Shown here one piece after another: positions 9,886 to 19,084 of a DNA stretch of 64,000 bases. The notes under the pieces were generated by a model. That model was given only the letters and a program-made list of their open reading frames with translations. It ran no database searches and was not told the DNA's origin. The stretch is taken from positions 4,608,001-4,672,000 of the forward strand of contig OZ253462.1 of assembly GCA_965261395.1 (NCBI GenBank), in the 5' to 3' direction. Numbering within the stretch: the stretch's first letter is position 1; every line of letters starts with the position of its first letter. Source of the stretch: Candidatus Latescibacterota bacterium. Lineage in GTDB: Bacteria; Latescibacterota; UBA2968; UBA8231. A program made the translations under genes and the position numbers.

Positions 9886-11541
9886 TCAATACACCACCCC
9901 GACCAACCCCGTCCACACATCCCCGCGATCGGCATCGATTTCAACGCGCAGCAGATAATGCCCAGGCGCAACCAGCCGCCCACTGTCGTCGCGGCCATCC
10001 CACGCCAAGCGCTTGCGCCCGGCCGCAGCCGGTTGCCCATCCCACAGCACCCGCCGCTGCCGTCCCGCCAAGTCGTACAGGGCCACCGTCAACGCCTGCG
10101 GATGCTGCACCTTGGCCAAGTCGATCTGAATTTGAGCCGCACCCGAGGCCGCGTTGAAGGGATTGGGCCGCACCGACACGCCAGCGCGCGGCAGGGCGCG
10201 GGAGACCACCCCCTCTCCTACCAAAGTCCAAGCATCTTCCTCCACCGGCCGTGCGTTCTGCCAATCCACGCTATCGCCCAAGGCAACCGCCGCCCGCACC
10301 GCCAGCGTCGGCCGCAACAGCACCGACGCAAATTCCACTTCTAGCCGCCCCGACCGGCTCACGTGGTGCTCGGCCCCCAACACCAACCGGAGACCCTCAT
10401 CATCCCATCCGACCTCATACCCATCCTCCGGCAGCACCAACCCATCGAACCTCACCTCCTGCACCACGCCCGGCAGGCCGATATGCACTCGATCAAAGCC
10501 GAGATCTTCCGGGCCAATTTCCACATCGAAGGTATAAGTGAACACGGTCTCCTCGCCCAACACCGGCCGCGGCGGCGCAATGGCCCCGGCCACCGCACGG
10601 GCAAAAAGCTGTTCCCCAAAGGCGACCGCCACCTGCATGAGCCTCGGCGTGCTAAGTGGATCGCGGGTTTCCATGACCGCCCGATACTGCAAAAACCGCG
10701 CTGGCTCCGGCTCGGTCAGGGCCACGCCATCGCCGACTGCCGCCAAGTCCCAAGCTGGCACCCGGTGCCACTCAGGCCACGCCTCCCCGTCGGCTGAGGT
10801 GCGGAACTGCACCCGCAAGATCGTGCCCGGCGGCGTCTGTCCAGCAAACCACACCCGCCCCAAGTTGACCGGCTGCCCCGCGTCGAACACCACCGACTCA
10901 AACGTCCCCTCAGACCGGAAACCCTCGCCGAACACTTCCACCTCGCCGATGGAGACCCAGTTGGGTGGATCTTCCCGCGTCAGCCGCAGGCGCACAAAGC
11001 GGCCCAATACCGGCAGCGGTGCCCCGTCCGCGGCCTGCTCAATCCACGTCGAATCCACCGACGTATCCACCGTCGGGCGGGTGTTTTCCGCCTGTTGCGC
11101 CACCAACACCCAATCGTCGGGCGTGGCCTCCCGTGCCACTTCGAGGCGGTAGCCTTTGACGAAAAACAGCGGCCGTTGGGCCACCGTCTTGCCCGGCAGC
11201 AGGCGCACTTGACCCACGCCGCGGTCGCCGCCCAAGTCGATCCGAATCCACTTGCCCAACACTTCGACTTCGTTGTCAAAGCGCCACTCCGTGTCGGTAT
11301 TGCCGTCGGTGACGCTGCGGCTGCCTCTCAAGGTGTTCGGCCCGGAGGAAGCCACCGCATCCAAGGCGAGGTTGACCCCGCGAAACGAGGCCAGCGACAC
11401 CCGCCCCAAGCTATCGATCTCCGTGCCGGAAAAAAGGCCGCCTGAGAAACTGTCGGCCCCCTCCTGCACCCACTCGCCAGCCATCGCCGGAACGCAGCAC
11501 AGCACGGCCAAGCCGAGCAAATAACCCATCGCGTTAATCAT
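9886..11541 (-). CDS. Secreted discoidin/F5-8-like protein with C-terminal FlgD-Ig domain
   Basis: Signal peptide; TDGNTDTEW...WIRIDLG...SIGEVEVFG; C-terminal PNPFN...WDGRDDSGRLVAPGHY. Confidence 0.75.
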   Translation of the reverse strand: MINAMGYLLGLAVLCCVPAMAGEWVQEGADSFSGGLFSGTEIDSLGRVSLASFRGVNLALDAVASSGPNTLRGSRSVTDGNTDTEWRFDNEVEVLGKWIRIDLGGDRGVGQVRLLPGKTVAQRPLFFVKGYRLEVAREATPDDWVLVAQQAENTRPTVDTSVDSTWIEQAADGAPLPVLGRFVRLRLTREDPPNWVSIGEVEVFGEGFRSEGTFESVVFDAGQPVNLGRVWFAGQTPPGTILRVQFRTSADGEAWPEWHRVPAWDLAAVGDGVALTEPEPARFLQYRAVMETRDPLSTPRLMQVAVAFGEQLFARAVAGAIAPPRPVLGEETVFTYTFDVEIGPEDLGFDRVHIGLPGVVQEVRFDGLVLPEDGYEVGWDDEGLRLVLGAEHHVSRSGRLEVEFASVLLRPTLAVRAAVALGDSVDWQNARPVEEDAWTLVGEGVVSRALPRAGVSVRPNPFNAASGAAQIQIDLAKVQHPQALTVALYDLAGRQRRVLWDGQPAAAGRKRLAWDGRDDSGRLVAPGHYLLRVEIDADRGDVWTGLVGVVY

Positions 11542-11842
11542 CTATCCACTCCTCCAATCCCCAAATTTCTAACGTGTTCTGTATGAAGAAAGGGAGCTGC
11601 TGGAAGCGCAACGTCAGGCCCAGTTGCCCCAAACGGATCGCGTCTTGTTTGAGCAATGGATTGAGGCTCCGCACTTCGTTGGCCACGATGCAGACCTCTG
11701 TTATCCCCTCCTCGACCTGCGATTGTAGGAAATCATACAGGATGTCGAACTCCGTCTTGTTGATATACCCCATGAATTCGATGGTTAAGGTCTCGCCGCA
11801 GCGATTTAATGTGTTAATGCGTATCATGCTTATGCCTTCCAA
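11534..11842 (-). CDS. Small STAS-like protein
   Basis: 102 aa, overlaps/abuts neighbours; STAS-like pattern ending LPFFIQNTLEIWGL. Confidence 0.5.
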   Translation of the reverse strand: MEGISMIRINTLNRCGETLTIEFMGYINKTEFDILYDFLQSQVEEGITEVCIVANEVRSLNPLLKQDAIRLGQLGLTLRFQQLPFFIQNTLEIWGLEEWIDD

Positions 11843-11844
11843 GC

Positions 11845-13200
11845 TCAGTCCGCATCGACGAATTGACGTGCCAATGATCCCTCTCGCGTCAACGCGTACA
11901 CCACGACATTGACGCCCAAATTATAGACCAATGGCTCCTCGGCACCGACGAGAAACGGGCTGCCGACTTCGTTCTTCGCTACCGACGAATCCCGCTCCTG
12001 CTTGGCGACTCCCGCCCAGTAATCGGCATAGCCGCGCATCGAATACACCCCCACCAACTGCTCCCCTACCATGATGCCCTCCAAATAGTCCGGGGTTCGT
12101 GGCGGTCGGTCTTGTCCAGAACTAAACATAGATTCTATATCGCGTATCCCGAGCGGCAGGCTGTTTACATCGTAGAAGCAATGATAGATCGGATGGGTTA
12201 GCTCTAGGCGTTTAAACTGCCAGTCCTTCCATTCTTGATAGCCCTCCGCTTGAAAGCTGGCGCGAATGAGGGAACGCACCGCTGGAACGTCTAATTCGGC
12301 GTCCCTATAATTCACATTGGACCACAAAAGGCGGACAATATCCACAAAAAGGAAGCCGCCGCCGGTCAAATACGCCCCAAAATTGGCCGCCTCGCTGTCC
12401 GTGAACTCAAAGGGGGTATTGACGGTCATGAGAACGAAGGGGACTTGCAAAAGCTGCGGATCGTCGAGCCGAACCGCGTCGCGTACTTCGACGTGGACTT
12501 GCGTACTGGCGACCATCTTATCGGCCAACCCTTGCAGCATCCGCCGTTCCACCAAGCGGCGCGGCATCTGGTGATGCCAGCGCACTCGTATGTTTTCAGC
12601 CTGTTCACTGTACTCAGCCCGTTCGATGGAAGGGCTGTAGATGCCGGACATATAGAGAAAGCCCTTGAGCTTGCGCCGATCTTTTGGATCGACTACCACC
12701 ATCGCCCGGTGCCGACCCGTGTCCATCGCCTGCACATCCATCAACTCCAAGGCCAAATCAATCTCGTCCGCGCCCTGCCGCGTCCCTTCCAACGCCCCAA
12801 CGCGCAGGTGCGGGCCAATATGCCGAGCGGGGAAATCCGGCACGGGCAGCGCCAGCCGATCCGGCAGCGACGCCGTCGGCAGCCGAAGAGCCGAGGTCTT
12901 AAAGACCGGCAGCGGACGCGACGCCGACGGAGCCGGCCGCATGGCCACGACCGGGGCGGCTTGGAGCGCCGGACGGCGCACTAAGGGACGCTGCATGGGG
13001 CGTTGCCGGCGGGTGAGAGTGCGCTGTGGCGGCGGCCGTTTGGTAAACTTCACCATGATCGGCAGTAGGACGGGGAATTGCGTAACCCGCTCGCGGTGCG
13101 TGATCCCGAAAATCACCAGCAGATGCAAGGCCAACGACAACGCCAAGCAGCTTTGCAGTTTTCTATTTTTTTGGAACGGTACTTTCCAAGGTCGTCTCAT
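11845..13200 (-). CDS. Membrane-anchored DUF4159-domain protein
   Basis: N-terminal TM (SLALHLLVI), Pro/Arg linker, YLTGGGFLFVD, HPIYHCFYD, LGVNVVVYALT. Confidence 0.75.
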   Translation of the reverse strand: MRRPWKVPFQKNRKLQSCLALSLALHLLVIFGITHRERVTQFPVLLPIMVKFTKRPPPQRTLTRRQRPMQRPLVRRPALQAAPVVAMRPAPSASRPLPVFKTSALRLPTASLPDRLALPVPDFPARHIGPHLRVGALEGTRQGADEIDLALELMDVQAMDTGRHRAMVVVDPKDRRKLKGFLYMSGIYSPSIERAEYSEQAENIRVRWHHQMPRRLVERRMLQGLADKMVASTQVHVEVRDAVRLDDPQLLQVPFVLMTVNTPFEFTDSEAANFGAYLTGGGFLFVDIVRLLWSNVNYRDAELDVPAVRSLIRASFQAEGYQEWKDWQFKRLELTHPIYHCFYDVNSLPLGIRDIESMFSSGQDRPPRTPDYLEGIMVGEQLVGVYSMRGYADYWAGVAKQERDSSVAKNEVGSPFLVGAEEPLVYNLGVNVVVYALTREGSLARQFVDAD

Positions 13201-14276
13201 CTGCTCAGGTCCCTCCGCAAAGGATGGAAATCGAGCATTGACGCACGTTCCGCCATTTCGTCGCTCGAGATGGTCTGATTCGTTTCGTGAAATGCCATCA
13301 GGCTATGGAGGCGCATCTCCTCTGGTATTAAGGGGTCCGGCCATATAGAAGCAAACCAAAATTCGATTAGATACAGTCGAAGATCCTCATTCTTTTCCAC
13401 CATGTGGGCTATAGACCTACGCCGTTTTTGCGATTCCGCAAACGCATTTTGTGGGCTGAAAAAGTCGTGGTGATGATACAGGTGATAGCTCTGCGCCTTG
13501 GCGGCAAAGCGCATTTTATACCCATTCTGCATGAGGCGATAGGCCAAATCCCATCCTTCAGAATGGGGCAGCTCTTCGTCAAATCCACCGACCTCCTCAA
13601 GAGCGACACGCGGGGCCGAAGCATTATGTGGATAAAAACTGATCCAACCTATCGGCGAGTCGGGCACTTGGTCAGAGAGTACTTGTACTTGGTCTTGCAT
13701 TAATTTTAATTCTGGGAAGGGATACCCGCCCTCTCGGGCTAACGGGGCGATCGCATCAAAATCAGACTGTATCATAGCTTCGGTCACCCGAAATTCGTCT
13801 GGGTACGTACGCATAATATGAGCAACCGATGCTGGAACGTCCTCCCAAGGAAGGCCACTGCGCGGGTCCTGGACGTACTCCAAACGAGGCAAGCAATACT
13901 GGAATCCGCTCGTTACGCCGTTGTAGCGCTGAAATAGTTGCCAATGTTGAGCCAACCAATCGGGACCCGGTAGCGCGTCTCCGTCCAAGAAGGCGATCAA
14001 ATCTCCCCGCGCTTCCGCTATACCGATATTCCGCGCTCGGCAGCGTCCTACATTGGTATTCAAGGGAATGACTTTTACGGGAATTTGCTCATACGTACGC
14101 AGAAAATTCCCTGTTCCGTCCGTGCTGCCATCGTCCACCACGATAACCTCAAACGGGCCTTCAGAGAATGTTTGAACGGCCAAGCCGCTTAAAACGAGCC
14201 GCAACCGATCGCGCTGATTGTGTGCGGCGATGACGACAGAAATATCCATTGAGCTAGCTCCCTTATATACATTCAA
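13197..14276 (-). CDS. Glycosyltransferase family 2
   Basis: ISVVIAAHN, VVDDGSTD, ARNIG, FLDGD, GGFDE..EGWDL. Confidence 0.9.
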   Translation of the reverse strand: MNVYKGASSMDISVVIAAHNQRDRLRLVLSGLAVQTFSEGPFEVIVVDDGSTDGTGNFLRTYEQIPVKVIPLNTNVGRCRARNIGIAEARGDLIAFLDGDALPGPDWLAQHWQLFQRYNGVTSGFQYCLPRLEYVQDPRSGLPWEDVPASVAHIMRTYPDEFRVTEAMIQSDFDAIAPLAREGGYPFPELKLMQDQVQVLSDQVPDSPIGWISFYPHNASAPRVALEEVGGFDEELPHSEGWDLAYRLMQNGYKMRFAAKAQSYHLYHHHDFFSPQNAFAESQKRRRSIAHMVEKNEDLRLYLIEFWFASIWPDPLIPEEMRLHSLMAFHETNQTISSDEMAERASMLDFHPLRRDLSR

Positions 14277-16749
14277 AGACCAAGCGGCATTCCTCTCTCA
14301 GAGAATCCGGCCGATGTATACGATGTATACGAGGAATGCCATTACCCGTCTCTTCGTACACAACGGCTTGTAGCACCTCCTTGGCAGCAGAGTTTGAGCA
14401 TACGATGTGGAAGCAGTCCAAATGGCCAAAGAAAAAGTCAAAATAGGGATCGCTATTCTCCAAGACCTTATGACGTAATGCCTCATTTTGCACATTGGCC
14501 TCCGTTAGTGCTGGAGTACCAATACTGATACCGTGAAATTCCACGGGGATCCATCCGAGATCCGAGATGAAGATCTCAGCCCACGTGTGCCCAAATACCA
14601 CTTCATCATACGTTCGGTTCTCGTACCTGCTCGGCCCTAGAGGATTGACCGCTATGGCTCCGGCTTGCTCGCGAGCTGGTATTTTTAGCAGGCGACAAAG
14701 GGCAGTGAAGGCACGAGCCAACGTAATACAATGTCCGCCGTCGTCCGCTAGTGCTTTTAGGGTGCTACACCGATAGCATTGGCAGCTATCTTTGGTTTTC
14801 TTGAAATGCTTGTTTTTGGCCAAATGGTAGTATAACGAACGGGCTTTTTCTAAATCGCTCGATTCTCCGTCTATATTCACATCCTCCCAACAACTGCAGA
14901 CGAGTGGATGTTCTGCCAAGGATTCATCAACAGTAGTATAGAGCTCAAACTCTTCGGGTGTGAGCACCTCTGTTGCTCGACCCATCGCTCTCGCATAAAC
15001 CGTCAATTCGCACACGTAAGAAAACGTATATGCCTCGCCGGAGCTAAAATCACAAACAGCAGGATAGCCATAGAAAAAACCCGAATGCGGCAAAAAGTGG
15101 CTCTGGATTTCCGTAGGATAGCAAGATAGCAGTTTTATATCCTTCTGAAAGTCGGTGGTTATTGGGTAGGGCAGAAATATCCGCACATTATGTGTTGTAT
15201 CCTCGGTAGCAGATAGAGTGAAGGTATAAGTCAGCCGCAAGCGCTGACTCTCCATAGCGGGATGAAGCGCACCATTTTTTTTGTTAATGAAGAACGAACG
15301 CATCTCCTCACGCGCCTCGTAATCACACGCAAAAAAGCGAGCGTCGTTGTCGTAGAGCCAGTTCCACGAATCAAGGCGATCGTACCATATCCCGTCTTGT
15401 TTCACTTCATGCGGCATCTGGCTATTTTGCCCGTTTTCGAGCATCTCTTCAATTTGCTCGTCATTGAGCACCGTGCTCAACGACAACTGCCGGGCAAAGT
15501 CGCGTTGGCTCATCTGGTAATACGGATCGAGCCGGCCTTCTTCAGTGCGACTCATCCAGTACCCATCAATTACATCTGCGACGCGATTCGCGTCCTGCCA
15601 TTCTCGTATATCGGCAGCAAAAGCACGGCATCGTCTAGCGAATATCGCATAGTGGTTTAACAGCCCCTCGATACTTTGGACGAGAGCCGTCGGTCGGGTG
15701 AAGTCTCGGTAGCTCAATTTGATACCTAGCCCTAGTGCTTGCAGGCGGTCGATAAAATACTCTTGAGTAAAATTCGTGGGAAGCCCAATGACTGGTATTC
15801 CCTTGAACAGAGCTTGGTAGAAGAAACCGTGATCCCCGCCGCCAGCAAAGACAGCCGCTTGGGAGGCGGCCTGCCGCAAAAAACTCGGATCGACGATCTC
15901 GCAGTTTTCTATTGGGTCGATACGCACTCCAACAGGTGGAACCACCCACTGCCGAATCCCTTGCATCCCCAGCTTTTGCACGGCCTCTTGAATAAAGGGC
16001 CAATCGGCCCCCAGCGTTCTGAGATCCCAGTACACCCCCTCCCGCTCCACATCGCCTTGCTCCTCTGCATCAAGCCCCTCAAGCAGCGGTCCTACAAAGG
16101 AGTAGTTGGCAGGCGTCTCCTGTCCCAGTGGATGAACCGCTGGAATATCGCAGAGCAGATACATTTCCCCGAATGTCGTCCCATAAGTCCATTCTCGATG
16201 TGAAGCACGTTCGATTATGTCCTCCCAAGTACGCACAAACTCAGGCGAGAGAATAGGGCAAGAGTATTCGGGTATGTTATATGCCGACGTTATCCAAACC
16301 ACATCAAGCCCTTCCAGTGCCGCAGCCAAGCGCAGCGTGGGACGGGAATCTACGATAGCGAGGTCAGGCTTCAGGCGGGCAATCAACGCTCGCTCGGCTT
16401 CCACGCTCTGATGGATGAACGAATCGTAGTCCGCCTCATTCGTTCCAAAATCCAGTACTGCTCCCAAGTCTTGTATCGGCGTGGCGAGGTCGTGCAGCGG
16501 GAAATCCTCTTGCCGGATTTGGTCGGCAAACGAGCCAGTGCCAGCAAAATCGACGCTGTATCCTCGGCGACGGAGCGTCGTACCCACCACCAAAGAACGA
16601 TGCGCGGAAACGCTATCAAAGCCGTGAAAAAAGATCAGTATTGAAACTCTGTCCCGACCTAGACGACGCGAGCGTTCTTTTTCCTCAAGACGTCTGATGA
16701 CCTTGAAGAGCCTAGCTACGGTCCGCTGCCGTATTGCGTTGAACATCAT
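14263..16749 (-). CDS. GT-B (GT1/GT28-like) glycosyltransferase fused to transglutaminase-like domain
   Basis: N-terminal LRRRGYSVDFAG ... GGGDHGFFYQALFKGIPVIGLP..TQE; C-terminal GHCITLARAF...HTWAEIF...GWIPVE. Confidence 0.75.
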   Translation of the reverse strand: MMFNAIRQRTVARLFKVIRRLEEKERSRRLGRDRVSILIFFHGFDSVSAHRSLVVGTTLRRRGYSVDFAGTGSFADQIRQEDFPLHDLATPIQDLGAVLDFGTNEADYDSFIHQSVEAERALIARLKPDLAIVDSRPTLRLAAALEGLDVVWITSAYNIPEYSCPILSPEFVRTWEDIIERASHREWTYGTTFGEMYLLCDIPAVHPLGQETPANYSFVGPLLEGLDAEEQGDVEREGVYWDLRTLGADWPFIQEAVQKLGMQGIRQWVVPPVGVRIDPIENCEIVDPSFLRQAASQAAVFAGGGDHGFFYQALFKGIPVIGLPTNFTQEYFIDRLQALGLGIKLSYRDFTRPTALVQSIEGLLNHYAIFARRCRAFAADIREWQDANRVADVIDGYWMSRTEEGRLDPYYQMSQRDFARQLSLSTVLNDEQIEEMLENGQNSQMPHEVKQDGIWYDRLDSWNWLYDNDARFFACDYEAREEMRSFFINKKNGALHPAMESQRLRLTYTFTLSATEDTTHNVRIFLPYPITTDFQKDIKLLSCYPTEIQSHFLPHSGFFYGYPAVCDFSSGEAYTFSYVCELTVYARAMGRATEVLTPEEFELYTTVDESLAEHPLVCSCWEDVNIDGESSDLEKARSLYYHLAKNKHFKKTKDSCQCYRCSTLKALADDGGHCITLARAFTALCRLLKIPAREQAGAIAVNPLGPSRYENRTYDEVVFGHTWAEIFISDLGWIPVEFHGISIGTPALTEANVQNEALRHKVLENSDPYFDFFFGHLDCFHIVCSNSAAKEVLQAVVYEETGNGIPRIHRIHRPDSLREECRLVFECI

Positions 16750-16757
16750 TTTGTCCT

Positions 16758-17963
16758 TTACATTCGGCCGCTCGTCCTCAGCAGCTCTTCTACGAACTCA
16801 ACCTTGTCGTCTAGCTGAAGTTCGCGGTATAATTCCAGCGCTTGCCGCCACTGAAGTAAGGCATCAAAAGGAGCCTGATTCGACGCATAGATCCTCCCCA
16901 AGCTGACTCTAACGTCGGCCACGGCTTCCAAGTCCGATACTTTCTCAAACAGTTGCACCGCCTGCCGATATGCCTCCTCAGCCGCATTAAAGTTTTCAAC
17001 GTCCATATAGGCATCACCCAAAAGAGCCGCTTGTACCGCCCGACCTTTGTTGTCCCCAATCGCGTCAAATAGCTCCCTAGCCTGCTGGAACAACGCCGCG
17101 GCTTCTCGCGTGTCACCTTTCTCCCGTAGCACCTGCCCAAGACCGCCCATGGTGCGAGCCTCAAACTGTCTATTGCCTAATTTTTGTTGAATGGCCAGCG
17201 TCCGACGGTACATGGCTTCCGCCTCATCAAACCGACCCGTCTGGCTATATACGCCTCCCAGAACGCTGTAATGATGAGCCAACCCCTCGTCTCGCTGGAG
17301 CCGCTCCTCAATCGCAATGCCTTTTTTGAGGATGTCTTCGGCCTCGGCCAAACGCTTCTGCCCGAGATAGACTAGACCCAAGCCCTGATAGTGGCCAGAA
17401 ATACCCGGCAGATCGCCGAGTTCTTGGCAAACGTTCAGGCCCTGCTGGAAGTAGGCTTCGGCTTCTTCTGGTTTGTTCTGCTGGAGCACCAACTGCCCCA
17501 AGTTGCCGCATTCTTCAGCCCAATAGGCCCTATTTCCCGACGCCTCGTGGAGTTGCTGAGCGCGGGTGTGCAGTTCTTGCGCTTCTCCGATTTTTCCTTG
17601 GAGATGGGCGACAAAGCCTCTATTGCTATAGTTGACGGCCAGACGCTCCTCATCTCGGCGTTCACTATTGATCTCAAAGGCTGTATTGAGATAGTCAACC
17701 GCCTTATCCATCCGCCCCTTGACTTGGTACATAAGTCCCAAGCCGCTACACGCATCTGCTTCCAACTCATGTTCCTGTAACTGCCGTGCTTGCGCAAGGG
17801 CTCTTTGATACAATGCTTCAGCCTTGTCGAGTTCACCTTGTTCCTTGTGATAACGGCCCAAAAGGAGACAAGCCTTCGCTTGGGTGTGTAGATCGCGATC
17901 TTGTGCGACACGCGCACGCTGTATCGCTACGTCGCGTTCGGAAATTAACGGAATGATTTCCAT
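16758..17963 (-). CDS. Cytoplasmic TPR-repeat protein
   Basis: ~9 TPR/MalT-like 40-aa repeats, no signal peptide. Confidence 0.85.
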   Translation of the reverse strand: MEIIPLISERDVAIQRARVAQDRDLHTQAKACLLLGRYHKEQGELDKAEALYQRALAQARQLQEHELEADACSGLGLMYQVKGRMDKAVDYLNTAFEINSERRDEERLAVNYSNRGFVAHLQGKIGEAQELHTRAQQLHEASGNRAYWAEECGNLGQLVLQQNKPEEAEAYFQQGLNVCQELGDLPGISGHYQGLGLVYLGQKRLAEAEDILKKGIAIEERLQRDEGLAHHYSVLGGVYSQTGRFDEAEAMYRRTLAIQQKLGNRQFEARTMGGLGQVLREKGDTREAAALFQQARELFDAIGDNKGRAVQAALLGDAYMDVENFNAAEEAYRQAVQLFEKVSDLEAVADVRVSLGRIYASNQAPFDALLQWRQALELYRELQLDDKVEFVEELLRTSGRM

Positions 17964-17984
17964 ACCTCGCAGTGCCCTCCCCGG

Positions 17985-18515
17985 TTATAACTTTTGCACT
18001 GCTTCCCATACCGGAGGCATCCCTCGTGCAAAAGAGGAAATGGTCCCCTCCTCGCTCACCACGTAAAACTGCGGTACGCCCCCGATCTTATAAGCTTGTG
18101 CAACCGCACCCGCCGAATCGACCAAAACGGGTATCGTTAGGTCATGTTTTTCGACGATTTGCTGCACTTCGTCCTTAGTACCTCGGCTGACCAGTAGCAA
18201 ACGACTCTCTTTGGGAAGGTCGTACTCTACCAAGTAACTTTCCAAGTCATTGCAATACGGGCAGGTAGGGGTTACAAAAATCAGCCCTATCCGCTGCCCC
18301 TTAAAGCTGCTGAGACTGACGTTACCTCCTTGCACAGAGGGCAATTCAAAATCAGGGGCGTCCGTTCCTTCAGACAGAGGCTCAGAACGCGTCGTATCCC
18401 CCTCGCTCCAGACGACCCCCGCTGGTTCCTCAGACTTCTCCTTGAAAATCAGCACGAGCAACAAGACCACACTAACAAGCCCGGCGATCTTCCAATGCTT
18501 TTGATCGGCCATCAT
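17985..18515 (-). CDS. Membrane-anchored TlpA/AhpC-TSA family redoxin (CPYC)
   Basis: N-terminal TM, APDFEL, TPTCPYC, GVP cis-Pro loop. Confidence 0.85.
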   Translation of the reverse strand: MMADQKHWKIAGLVSVVLLLVLIFKEKSEEPAGVVWSEGDTTRSEPLSEGTDAPDFELPSVQGGNVSLSSFKGQRIGLIFVTPTCPYCNDLESYLVEYDLPKESRLLLVSRGTKDEVQQIVEKHDLTIPVLVDSAGAVAQAYKIGGVPQFYVVSEEGTISSFARGMPPVWEAVQKL

Positions 18516-19066
18516 TCGGTCCTCTCTTTTTCAATTACTTTTTGCGCGGATTGCACAATGTTCTCAATCGGGAAGCCTCCGCCCCTAACGGCCTCGACGA
18601 TCTTTTGTTCCCTATCCACCAAGAGCACGGTCGGGAAATTCGTGATGTTGAGATGCTCCATCGTCAGTAACAGCGTATCTACGACAATGGGAAAAGCCAA
18701 GCCATGCTCGGTGACTTTTTCCATCAATCCTTCCCGGGTGTTGGAAACCATCAGGATGGGAATATCTGTAGCCGCTTTCCCTATAATGGGGTACATGGTA
18801 TCACAGGCATCACAGCCCGGCAACGTAAAGACCAGTAGGTGGGATTCGCCCTTGTACAGATGGGTAGAGATCAGGCCGCCATCTAACTGTTCGAGTTCGT
18901 ATTCCGGGACGAGCTCCCCAAGCAGATGATCCAAACCTGTATCCATTAGGACGATTGTAGGATTGTTGATTTTTGTGGCTAACAATATACTGGTCCCCAA
19001 GAGGATGCCCAGCACCGTCGAAAGGAACAGCATCGCCACTGGCGGTTTTGGACGCACATCTTCCAT
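18512..19066 (-). CDS. Membrane-anchored thioredoxin-like redoxin (CDAC), MauD/TlpA-like
   Basis: N-terminal TM, PGCDAC, NFPT cis-Pro loop. Confidence 0.8.
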   Translation of the reverse strand: MEDVRPKPPVAMLFLSTVLGILLGTSILLATKINNPTIVLMDTGLDHLLGELVPEYELEQLDGGLISTHLYKGESHLLVFTLPGCDACDTMYPIIGKAATDIPILMVSNTREGLMEKVTEHGLAFPIVVDTLLLTMEHLNITNFPTVLLVDREQKIVEAVRGGGFPIENIVQSAQKVIEKERTE

Positions 19067-19084
19067 CGCGTATCTTTCCTTTCC

